Shown piece by piece: positions 55,616 to 64,000 of a DNA stretch of 64,000 nt. The notes beneath the pieces were generated by a model, which saw only the letters and a list, made by a program, of their open reading frames with translations, was not told the origin of the DNA and made no database searches. The DNA is from Candidatus Woesearchaeota archaeon. Its GTDB lineage: Archaea; Nanobdellota; Nanobdellia; Woesearchaeales; ARS49. Position numbers and translations under genes: made by a program. The number at the start of each line of letters is the position of its first letter. Position 1 is the stretch's first letter. Location of the stretch: the NCBI GenBank assembly GCA_016203225.1, contig JACQNC010000014.1:91715-155714 (forward strand). The letters run 5' to 3'.

Positions 55616-56545
55616 ATGATGTACGTCAAAAAGTGTCCGGAATGCGGCGGTATCAACCTGTTCATGAACCGCGAGAAAGGCGAGATCATCTGCAAAGACT
55701 GCGGACTCGTCGTCGAGGACAAGATGGTCGAGTTCGGCCAGGAATGGCGCGAATTCGATTCCGACGGCGGCGATGAAGGCTCGCGCAGACGCACCGGCGC
55801 GCCGATGACGTACACGCAGTTCGACCAGGGCCTCGGCACCGAAGTCGGCCAGAAAGCCGACCTGCTCTCTCTCGGCGCGAAAGATCGCAACAAGTTCTTC
55901 CGTCTCAGAAAGTGGCAGTATCGCATCAGCACCGCGATCGAGCGCAACCTGAAATTGGCTCTCGCGGAATTGAAGCGCGTCTCATCCTACTTGAAGCTGC
56001 CGAAGTCAGTCGAGGAAGAGGCAGCGATGATCTACACGCAGGCCGTGCAACGCGGGCTCGTGCGCGGTCGTTCGATGGAATCCGTCGTCTCGGGCGCTTT
56101 GTACGCGGCCTGCAGGCGCCACGAAGTCCCCCGCACGCTCGATGAGTTGAGCGAAGCCTCCGGCATCGAGAAGAAGGAGATCGGGCGCACGTACAGGTTC
56201 GTCACGCGCGAACTCGGCATCACTATTCTGCCGTCGAACCCTGCGGACTACATCGCGCGCTTCGCTAGTTCGTTGAAGCTTTCGCCTGAGACGCAGTCGA
56301 AGGCAGTCGACATACTGGAATCCGCCCAGCACGAGGAATTGACCTCGGGACGCGGTCCCACGGGCATCGCTGCTGCCGCCTTGTACGTCTCGGCGTTGAT
56401 CCACGGCGAGAAGCGCACGCAGCGCGAAGTCGCAGACGTCGCGGGCGTCACGGAAGTCACCATCCGAAACCGCTACAAGGAACTCCTCGAGAAGCTGAAG
56501 CTCGAACGCGAAATCAAGAAGACGAAGAAGAAGGGGAAGAAGTAA
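55616..56545 (+). CDS. tfb: Transcription initiation factor IIB
   Basis: CPECG zinc ribbon, EWREF, RRTGAP, GRSME, SGRGP.G, VTEVTIRNRYKEL. Confidence 0.97.
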   Translation: MMYVKKCPECGGINLFMNREKGEIICKDCGLVVEDKMVEFGQEWREFDSDGGDEGSRRRTGAPMTYTQFDQGLGTEVGQKADLLSLGAKDRNKFFRLRKWQYRISTAIERNLKLALAELKRVSSYLKLPKSVEEEAAMIYTQAVQRGLVRGRSMESVVSGALYAACRRHEVPRTLDELSEASGIEKKEIGRTYRFVTRELGITILPSNPADYIARFASSLKLSPETQSKAVDILESAQHEELTSGRGPTGIAAAALYVSALIHGEKRTQREVADVAGVTEVTIRNRYKELLEKLKLEREIKKTKKKGKK

Positions 56546-56857
56546 TTACTTCCATATTTTCTTTTCGAAATCTCTTATCTTATTATCTTCGAACTCAAGT
56601 CCTTCGCTTTCTAACAATGTCTTCTTGCGTTGAAGCTCTTTCCCCGCAGTCTTCCCCATGAATCCCCCTAAATAACCATCAGAAGCGACGACGCGGTGGC
56701 ACGGCACTTCAGGTGCGTACGGGTTGCAGCGCAGCGCCTGGCCCACAGCCCTAGGGCTGCTCTGGAGCGCCTTTGCCAGTAGCAGGTACGTCGATACCTT
56801 TCCCTGCGGTATCATCCTGCACAGGCGGTACACGTTGTTCTGGAACGGTGTTGGCAT
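56546..56857 (-). CDS. ogt: O6-methylguanine-DNA methyltransferase (single domain)
   Basis: IP.GKV.TY, PRAVG.AL..NP, VPCHRVV. Confidence 0.93.
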   Translation of the reverse strand: MPTPFQNNVYRLCRMIPQGKVSTYLLLAKALQSSPRAVGQALRCNPYAPEVPCHRVVASDGYLGGFMGKTAGKELQRKKTLLESEGLEFEDNKIRDFEKKIWK

Positions 56858-57938
56858 AGCGTGATTCGAGCGCGCCGATATGCTGCTCGATGAATGCCTC
56901 TAGCTCAAGGTGCGTCTTCAGTTCGCGGAAGTTCTGCGGACCATCAATCACGGGTTCCCTCACGTCTGGCCACTGCAGGCGGTGTGCCTGCACTCTTGCC
57001 GCCTTTTTGTCGTACTTGGTGTGGAGCGCCTGTTCGGCAAGCACGATGACCTCTTTAGATGCATTGCCGAACACAACGGACTGGCGTTGCGCACGCTCGA
57101 TCACAATGTCGAACATCCTCGTGAACGCCACAGGATCGATCTCCTGGACATCGGTGAAATCCAGCACGATATGCTCGGCCTTCGCGAGGTGGCTTGCTTG
57201 GATCAGCCGGGAATTGAACGTGATTACATCCTCGGGCTTGGCAAGACCCTCGATCACAACTGTCGGCTCGTCCTTTATTCGGTAGACTGGAAGCTTGAAC
57301 AGGTTTGCCACGTAGTTCACCGCAGAGAGAACCCAAGTGAGGTGCAGCTTCTTCATCCGTTCCTCGACAGGCATCGCGAGCGTGATGAGCGCGCCCGCAT
57401 AATCAAGACCATAACTGGTAGGATGCTTATAGAGATAGACATCGTCCTGGAACACGACCCCTGTTCCGTCTTTTTTCCTGAGCGGAATCGCGGAGTTGAT
57501 GATGAGCTTCTCGAGCGGCGACTGCCTGAAATCCGCGATAATCTTGCGCACGTTCGCTTCCTTGCCCTCGGGCGAAATCAGGTGGAGGTCATGAAGATCC
57601 TCACGGAACCTCGTCACCCTACGCTGGACCACGGCGACATCGCCCTCCTGCTCAGCGATGATGGCTATGCGGTTCGCCATCGGCCGGAGCGCGTCCACGT
57701 AGAGATGCGATGACAGGTATTCCCGGAAATGCTTCCGGGGTGCCACGAGCTCCTTCGGATCGTAACCAGTGATGCTCGTGATTCCTGGGCTCGCGTAGGC
57801 GATCTCGGACTGGCTGTCAAGGATTATGAACGGGTACCGGAACGGCTTACGGTTACTATAGTGGTCGAGGGCCTGATCCTTAATGAAGCTCACGCCCTGC
57901 GCTCTGCGCCATTCGGGATCAAGATCAGGATTTGTCAA
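56751..57938 (-). CDS. PAS domain + STAS-like domain protein
   Basis: IILD...IAYAS..I..ITGY...EL and LRKKDG (PAS/PAC); IVLDFTDVQEID (STAS). Confidence 0.65.
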   Translation of the reverse strand: MTNPDLDPEWRRAQGVSFIKDQALDHYSNRKPFRYPFIILDSQSEIAYASPGITSITGYDPKELVAPRKHFREYLSSHLYVDALRPMANRIAIIAEQEGDVAVVQRRVTRFREDLHDLHLISPEGKEANVRKIIADFRQSPLEKLIINSAIPLRKKDGTGVVFQDDVYLYKHPTSYGLDYAGALITLAMPVEERMKKLHLTWVLSAVNYVANLFKLPVYRIKDEPTVVIEGLAKPEDVITFNSRLIQASHLAKAEHIVLDFTDVQEIDPVAFTRMFDIVIERAQRQSVVFGNASKEVIVLAEQALHTKYDKKAARVQAHRLQWPDVREPVIDGPQNFRELKTHLELEAFIEQHIGALESRYANTVPEQRVPPVQDDTAGKGIDVPATGKGAPEQP

Positions 57939-59103
57939 TCGTCTTCACCACTGCATTGAATGTGGTATCTGACGGTTTCTGTTTATAAGCTTTCGCCGCC
58001 TCGATTACGTCCTTGTCCTTGATCCTCATCCCTTTCTTCGTCAACACGTCGCGCCAGACCATCAGGAACTGGCAGAGTTGCGTGACGTTATGGGCTTTCT
58101 TGCTCTGATGCGTGCGTTCCCAGTCGATCAGGACGACCTTGTTTTTCGCGACGATGGCGTTCTTCAACGGGCGGTGCATCTCTTCCTTCGCGACTCCGAG
58201 CTTGTCCAACACGAACCCTTGATGCAGCAAGTCCCTGAGCAACGGCTTGATTTGGGCCTTCCTCGCTTTCGGCAGCCAGTCCTTCAGGAAAACCCCTTCG
58301 ACAAATTCGTACACGACAAGATCGGGCTTCGCCATGAGCAGTTTCGGGCCGAGCCCGTGCTTGTTGACTAGCTCGAGCGTCCTGCCCTCGTTCCTGACGC
58401 GGCCCTCGGCTTCACTGGTGGGCTTCTTGATCTTTATCGCGACCTTTCTGCCGTTGTGCATCGCCGTGAATATTACACCGCGCTGGCCTTCATCAAGGTA
58501 ATGGATGTCCGAGAACCCCATCGGCTCGAGTTTCTGCGCAGTCTCGTTCTTGGCCAATTGATAGATGAACAATTCCTCGAAGAACTGCCTGCTCGACGCC
58601 AACTGTTTGAACTCGAAACCGTTGAGCTTGATCAATTCCTCCACCTTGTGACGGTTCGTGAGGTTCGAGAAAAGCAAAAGGATAGAACCTCCTGTCTTCA
58701 GATGATGCGGCGCGTCCGCGAGGAAACGCTCCACGACCTCGTATCCTTTCTTGCCTCCGATGAGCGCCATGTCCGGCTTGTTCTTGTCAGCCGGAAGGTA
58801 TGGCGGGTTGAAGATGATAGTGTCGAACTGCGTGCCTTTGAGCTTGCCTTTCTTGAACACGGCGAAGAGATCCGAGACGTAGCATTCGAGCTTGCGTTTC
58901 TTGATCGTCCGCTTGCAGTGCTTGACTGCAGCGGGATTCTTGTCGACAGCGATGACGCGCTCGACCTGTCTCAATTCCAGCGCAGCCTCTGCCTGGATGC
59001 CCGAGCCGGTGCCCATATCCAACACGACACCTTTCGCGTTCTTCCGGACCTGGTCCGAGAGCAACAAAGAATCCTCACGCGGCTCGTAGATGCTCTTTTT
59101 CAC
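57925..59103 (-). CDS. HemK2/PrmC-like methyltransferase fused to a RIO/Bud32-like kinase domain
   Basis: IYEPREDS.LL, LDMGTGSG, FNPPY; then G.RG, VAIK, NE...L, LIDWE. Confidence 0.85.
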   Translation of the reverse strand: MKKSIYEPREDSLLLSDQVRKNAKGVVLDMGTGSGIQAEAALELRQVERVIAVDKNPAAVKHCKRTIKKRKLECYVSDLFAVFKKGKLKGTQFDTIIFNPPYLPADKNKPDMALIGGKKGYEVVERFLADAPHHLKTGGSILLLFSNLTNRHKVEELIKLNGFEFKQLASSRQFFEELFIYQLAKNETAQKLEPMGFSDIHYLDEGQRGVIFTAMHNGRKVAIKIKKPTSEAEGRVRNEGRTLELVNKHGLGPKLLMAKPDLVVYEFVEGVFLKDWLPKARKAQIKPLLRDLLHQGFVLDKLGVAKEEMHRPLKNAIVAKNKVVLIDWERTHQSKKAHNVTQLCQFLMVWRDVLTKKGMRIKDKDVIEAAKAYKQKPSDTTFNAVVKTIDKS

Positions 59104-59142
59104 GCGTTGGAATCAAGAGAATTCGTATTTAAAGGTTTGGAA

Positions 59143-59640
59143 CTAAGCCTGTTTGCGTACCCGTTTGCTCAAGTTCCCGGCAAATGTCGCCACAACAATT
59201 CCTCCGTAATACCCACTATACTCATGCGGCCGCGAGTGGTACCTGAGATCCCTGAATGACAGTCCACTCTCAGGCACCTCGCGGTTTACCGTAAGTTCCA
59301 ATCCCTCAGAACCTTGCGTGATGACGTTGAACAGCTCAAATGACGGTTTCCGGTCGCCCAACAGGCGTATCCTGACCTCACCGCAGGAAAGATCGGCATT
59401 CGCGCACCTGCCGATGGCGCGCAATGCTTTCCACGTCCTGAGAAGCAGATCTTCTGCTCGAACATGACATGGTGCTTCCATCGTCTCTGCGAACACAGCT
59501 TCTGCGTCTGCTGTCACTATCAGCTGCTGTGTGGGCCTGCCTGGATGATCAAGTACCTGCCAGCCAGGGAGAACGCCTCCCGGGCATTGCGCAAGAACTG
59601 CGGGCCGATCCGGGAGATACGCACGACTGATGTGCCTCAT
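59143..59640 (-). CDS. Hypothetical protein
   Basis: Open frame; start uncertain. Confidence 0.4.
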   Translation of the reverse strand: MRHISRAYLPDRPAVLAQCPGGVLPGWQVLDHPGRPTQQLIVTADAEAVFAETMEAPCHVRAEDLLLRTWKALRAIGRCANADLSCGEVRIRLLGDRKPSFELFNVITQGSEGLELTVNREVPESGLSFRDLRYHSRPHEYSGYYGGIVVATFAGNLSKRVRKQA

Positions 59641-59705
59641 TTCGCGAGATGTAGCCAAGAATTCGAGACGATTGAATGAGTATCGTTGGACGACAGTCAC
59701 TGAAC

Positions 59706-59855
59706 TCACGAAAGAACACCCAAGCACTTCGTCTCCTTGTGTCCGCAGCCTTCGCACACCCAGTTGATGTACTTGGCGTTGCCTGATATGGAGGCGAAAT
59801 TCTTGATCATGCGCGCAGAACACCTAGGACAGCGCCCTTCCTTCTTCTCTTCCAT
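59706..59855 (-). CDS. Small zinc-ribbon protein
   Basis: MEEKKEGRCPRC...WVCEGCG, 49 aa. Confidence 0.7.
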   Translation of the reverse strand: MEEKKEGRCPRCSARMIKNFASISGNAKYINWVCEGCGHKETKCLGVLS

Positions 59856-59949
59856 GGCGTCCAAACGCCGCATCATTCTATATAAGCATTTTGTGTGTGC
59901 AGAATATGCAGTCACAAAGCATAAAAAGCGGGCCAGAAACTGCGGAGTC

Positions 59950-60384
59950 GTGCCCGGCTATAAGAGAAGAAGAGTCGAAAAAGAGTCCCCCGTAACCAGG
60001 GACCCAGATGGACGCACTTGGGCTGAGTTCCGACGCTACACCACCAAGACCCTCGCTGAAGCGCGGGCCTGGTTCGAGGTCGCAGGCTTCGACTACCGCG
60101 TCGTGCGCAAGGGCAAAGATCAAGCATTGTTTATCCTACGCGACCAACAGGACCAGGTCGCGAAGCGTTATGGCTGGGTGACGCTCATACAGGTCCTAGA
60201 CGCGGATGAGTCCGCTTCGATAAAGACCTGGCTCGACACGAAGAACATCGAATCACGACTCGTGCCCGGCCCGGATAACCGCGCGGCCGTTTGCGTGCAG
60301 CTGAAGGACCACGAGCGCGCAGCGCGCGAGTACAGCGCCGAACAACACGCTCAACGTTACCGGCAGAACGGACTCACGGGATAG
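59950..60384 (+). CDS. Hypothetical protein with two similar alpha/beta repeats
   Basis: A.AWFE..GFDYRVV / IKTWLD..NIESRLV; start uncertain. Confidence 0.5.
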   Translation: MPGYKRRRVEKESPVTRDPDGRTWAEFRRYTTKTLAEARAWFEVAGFDYRVVRKGKDQALFILRDQQDQVAKRYGWVTLIQVLDADESASIKTWLDTKNIESRLVPGPDNRAAVCVQLKDHERAAREYSAEQHAQRYRQNGLTG

Positions 60385-60817
60385 CGCGGAGGTATTCCTT
60401 CACGCGTTCGATTATGGTCTTCAGATAGAATTTCTCGATCTTCTCCTCGAACAAGTCAATCAGTTTCGCGTTCTCTGCGATACGGTACTGGTTACCGAGC
60501 TTCTCGACAAGATACAGGTCGCGCAGACGCTTCAATTGCCTTCGGATGTTCGACGGCGCTACACCGTGCACCTGCACCAAGGCTTTCTTCCTCGATTCCT
60601 TGACGCGCCTCTCGACCTCGACAGAGTCCAAAGACTCCTTTGATGCGATAAGCACGCCGAGGATGTCGACGATGACGTCGCGAGAATCGCCAGGCTGCAA
60701 CAGCCCGAGACTCAAGCAGATTTTCTTCATCAAATCGCGTCCGTGAAGGTCGTACGGTTTCTCGTACTTGCGCAGCGTGAGCTCTGCAAGCGGCTGTTCG
60801 CGGGCGACCTTCGGCAT
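60374..60817 (-). CDS. Winged-helix putative transcription regulator
   Basis: ELTLRKYEKP, CLSLGLLQPGDSRD, SNIRRQLKRLR. Confidence 0.75.
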   Translation of the reverse strand: MPKVAREQPLAELTLRKYEKPYDLHGRDLMKKICLSLGLLQPGDSRDVIVDILGVLIASKESLDSVEVERRVKESRKKALVQVHGVAPSNIRRQLKRLRDLYLVEKLGNQYRIAENAKLIDLFEEKIEKFYLKTIIERVKEYLRAIP

Positions 60818-60856
60818 CGCTCGAAAGATTTAGGCGGAAGTATTTATGCTTTGCCG

Positions 60857-63800
60857 CTACTCTTCCTCTGAGACCACGTCGAAATGTATCGAGAATATCT
60901 CGTCCTTGACCTGTTCGGTCGAGTTGTGGTGGTGTTTTTTCGCGGGCGGCATAAGATCGAGCTTCAGCGACGACGCTCCCACTTTCTCTTTCATCTGTTC
61001 TGCCCAGTCCTTCAGCATCAGAACAAGAGATTCCTTGCCCTCGATGTGCAGGTCGATCCGGTCGGTCTTCTCCAAATTCGCCTTCTTGCGCGCTTCCTGG
61101 ATGCGGCGCGTGACCTCACGCGCATAGCCTTCTGCTTCGAGCTCGTCCGTGACCTCCTTGTCCAGGTACACGATCCCGTTTGAGAACGGCACCTCGACCA
61201 AGTGTCCAGGAACAGAGCGCGTGACGTTGAACTGGTCAGGCGTGAGAGTGAAATCCTTGCCATCGAATGATAACTTGTGCGTGCCTGCCCATTGCATGCT
61301 CTTGCGGATGTCGGCCAAATCCGCCTTCTGCAACGCCTGTACGACCTTCGGCGCGTCCTGTTTGAACGCCTTGCCGACAGCTGACGTGTTCACGCTGACC
61401 TGTTCCTTGACTTCAGGCAGCGAATCCTGCACTGCGACGTGCTTGACGTTCGTCTGCGTCTTGATGACGTTGCCTAGCGCTTGCACGGCTTTCTTGACAT
61501 CGGCGTCCATCGAGACTACTACGACACCCTTGACCGGCCATCTGACGCCGAGCTTGATCTTCTCGCGGCCGAACAATGCCGCCTGTATGATCGAGCCAGC
61601 GAGCTTGAAGTGCTGCTCCAACGCGGCATCGATCTCATGATTGTGCGGCTTGGGCCAGTCGAGCAAGTGCACGCTCTCCGCCTTCAATCCGAAAGCTTCG
61701 CGCATGTCCTGGTACATCTGCTCGGCGATGAACGGCGCGACAGGCGCGAACATAGCTACTGTGTCTAGCAGCACGCGATAGATAGTCGACACGACAGCGG
61801 TCTTCTCCTCCTCGGTGCCTGTGTTCGCCTTGTCGCGCACGAGCTGGATGTACGTGCGCGAAAGTTCGAGGTACAGGTCCTCGACCAGCCACGGCACCTC
61901 ATTCAGATGGTAGGAATCGAAGCGCTGCGTGATCTCCTTGATGGTCGTGTTGAGCTTGCTGAGGATGTACTTCTCTGGCACGTCAAGCGCGCATTTCTCC
62001 GACGGCGTGATGCCTGACGCCTTCGTCAGGTCAATCAGATAATTGTGGACGTTCCACAACACGAGCATGTTCTTGTACTTTAGCTTGATGTCCTCGAAAT
62101 TGTAGACTTGATCGAGGCCGGGTTGCGCAGACCCTATCTGGTAGTACCGCAAGGCGTCGGCGCCGTATTCCTTCACGATCTCCTCCGGCTCGATCTGGTT
62201 GCCTAGCGACTTCGACATCTTGCGCCCGAGCGCGTCGTCGATGAAACCGTGCATGTACACGGTCTTGAAGCTGGGCTTGCCGAACGCGAGCATTGAAGCC
62301 ACCATCAACAGGTTGAACCAACCCCTTATCTGGTCCTTGCCCTCCAAGATGAACTCCGCAGGGAACAACTTCTTGAACAAGTCATCGCGCTTCGGATAAT
62401 CGAGGCAATTCCACGACGCCGTGCCGGCATCGACCCAGACGTCGAAGATGTCCGGGATACGCCTCTTGACGCCGCCGCACGAGCACTTGTACGTGACCTC
62501 GTCGATCCAGGGCTTGTGCAGCTTGTTTACTTTTGCCTTTGCAGCCGCTTCCAATTCTTCGACAGAGCCGAAGACGTCGTACTTCGCGCAATTCTCGCAC
62601 CGCCAGATCGGGACAGGCGTGCCCCAGAAGTTCTGCTTCGTGATGCTGTTGTCACGGAGATTCTTGAGCCAGGAGTCGAACGCGTTGAACGCCGCTTCAG
62701 GCACCCACGCGATGCGCTTGTTTGCCTCTACCATCTTGTCCTTAAGGTCCTCGACCTTGAAGAACCACTGCTTCGTCGTGCGGAAGATGATCGGATCGTG
62801 GCAGCGCTGGCAGTGGGCGTACTCGTGCTCGACCTTGGTGGTCGCGATCAGGACGCCACGCTTCTGCAACGCATCGATGAATTTCGCATCGTCATTCTTT
62901 GCCTTCAAACCGCTGAATTCCTTCCAGTCAGCAGGGAATTTGCCTTGCTCGTCGACCACGTTCCACGCAGGCAGCCCGTTGCGGTGCCCCACCTCGTAGT
63001 CCTCAGGACCACAGCCCGGCGCGCAGTGCACGAGCCCAGTGCCGGCAGACGTGTCGACGTATTCCTCGCTCAAAACGACAGTGTGCGTCTTCGGGGATTG
63101 CCTCTTGATCTCCTTGTAGTCCTTGATGACGTCGCTGAACGGGTGCTCGTACTCGAGCCCTTCGAGCGTCGCGCCCTTGAACTCCTCCAAGACCCTCATC
63201 TGTTTCTCGGCGACGGCCGTGACGACGACTCCTGCGAGCGCTTTAGCGAGGATCCAGACCTCGTTGTCGACCTGCGCGCGGACGTAGTCGAGCTCAGGAT
63301 TGACCATGACCGCGAGGTTCAGCGGGATGGTCCACGGCGTCGTTGTCCAGATGACGAGGAACTCGTCCTTCCTGTCCTTCACAGGGAGCTTGACGAAGAT
63401 GCTCGTGTCGGTGACGGTCGCGTACTCCAATTCATGCTTGGCGAGGTTTGTCTGGCACGTCGCGCACCAGGACATCGTGCGAAGACCTTCGTACAGCCTG
63501 CTTTGCTCGTGCGCGCGCTTCGCGAGGAACCATTCACCGTTGATGAACTCGCGCGTGATTGGTTGGTAGGCGTTCTCGAAGTCCATCCAGACGCCGAGGC
63601 GCCGGAACGTGTCGTTCATGATCTTCATCATGTCGACAGAGAACTTCTCGCACTCGGTCGTGAATTTCGCGACGCCGAACTGCTCGATGTCCTTCTTTAG
63701 GAACACGTCGAACTTCTTGCGCACCTTGTTCTCAGTCGGAAGGCCGTGCATGTCGTAGCCAGCCCTGTCCCAGACGTCGAAGCCGGCCATGCGCTTGTAG

Positions 63801-63991
63801 CGCAACACCATGTCCTTCATGCACTTGTTCCAGCTCGTGCCGATGTGGACCTTGCCTGAAGTGTACGGCGGGCCGTCAAGGAAGTAGTACGGCTTCTTGC
63901 CCTTCACCTTCTCTTTGGCCTTTGCGTAGACTTTGTGCTGGTTCCAGAAATTCAGCACCGCAGGCTCCACCGCTTTTGGATCGTAACTCAT
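60857..63991 (-). CDS. ileS: Isoleucine--tRNA ligase
   Basis: DGPPY, HIGT (HIGH variant), G.DMHGLP, WTTTPWT, GTGLVH.AP, DQIRGWF, KMSKS. Confidence 0.97.
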   Translation of the reverse strand: MSYDPKAVEPAVLNFWNQHKVYAKAKEKVKGKKPYYFLDGPPYTSGKVHIGTSWNKCMKDMVLRYKRMAGFDVWDRAGYDMHGLPTENKVRKKFDVFLKKDIEQFGVAKFTTECEKFSVDMMKIMNDTFRRLGVWMDFENAYQPITREFINGEWFLAKRAHEQSRLYEGLRTMSWCATCQTNLAKHELEYATVTDTSIFVKLPVKDRKDEFLVIWTTTPWTIPLNLAVMVNPELDYVRAQVDNEVWILAKALAGVVVTAVAEKQMRVLEEFKGATLEGLEYEHPFSDVIKDYKEIKRQSPKTHTVVLSEEYVDTSAGTGLVHCAPGCGPEDYEVGHRNGLPAWNVVDEQGKFPADWKEFSGLKAKNDDAKFIDALQKRGVLIATTKVEHEYAHCQRCHDPIIFRTTKQWFFKVEDLKDKMVEANKRIAWVPEAAFNAFDSWLKNLRDNSITKQNFWGTPVPIWRCENCAKYDVFGSVEELEAAAKAKVNKLHKPWIDEVTYKCSCGGVKRRIPDIFDVWVDAGTASWNCLDYPKRDDLFKKLFPAEFILEGKDQIRGWFNLLMVASMLAFGKPSFKTVYMHGFIDDALGRKMSKSLGNQIEPEEIVKEYGADALRYYQIGSAQPGLDQVYNFEDIKLKYKNMLVLWNVHNYLIDLTKASGITPSEKCALDVPEKYILSKLNTTIKEITQRFDSYHLNEVPWLVEDLYLELSRTYIQLVRDKANTGTEEEKTAVVSTIYRVLLDTVAMFAPVAPFIAEQMYQDMREAFGLKAESVHLLDWPKPHNHEIDAALEQHFKLAGSIIQAALFGREKIKLGVRWPVKGVVVVSMDADVKKAVQALGNVIKTQTNVKHVAVQDSLPEVKEQVSVNTSAVGKAFKQDAPKVVQALQKADLADIRKSMQWAGTHKLSFDGKDFTLTPDQFNVTRSVPGHLVEVPFSNGIVYLDKEVTDELEAEGYAREVTRRIQEARKKANLEKTDRIDLHIEGKESLVLMLKDWAEQMKEKVGASSLKLDLMPPAKKHHHNSTEQVKDEIFSIHFDVVSEEE

Positions 63992-64000
63992 CGATGGACG

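Overview
GC-rich archaeal chromosome segment, most consistent with a DPANN/Woesearchaeota-like genome. This placement is inferred from TFB, family-B DNA polymerase, uL16/L10e, eS17, archaeal-type TpiA, ProRS and IleRS, AMP phosphorylase, RtcB plus archease, and pilin-like proteins with class III signal peptides. It holds about 70 CDS (housekeeping, many thiol-redox genes, six Cys-rich zinc micro-proteins, four of them too short for the ORF track) and three tRNAs (Arg-TCG, Val-GAC, Ser-TGA). I saw no CRISPR array, integrase or transposase. The most striking unexplained signals are non-coding. (1) A dispersed family of about 60-75 bp imperfect palindromes occurs in 9 copies, always intergenic just after a stop codon; 8 of 9 share one strand orientation, and one copy is interrupted by a TA-flanked 52-bp double hairpin. 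(2) Two different tRNA genes are each preceded by a hairpin, probably co-transcribed, that copies that tRNA's own 5' end and acceptor stem. Coding highlights are an intact GGEEF diguanylate cyclase with I-site, a PAS-STAS protein, a pore-less voltage-sensor-like protein, a JAB/MPN-like lipoprotein, and an NYN nuclease that appears to start at ATC. All product calls come from motif recognition by eye, not database searches.
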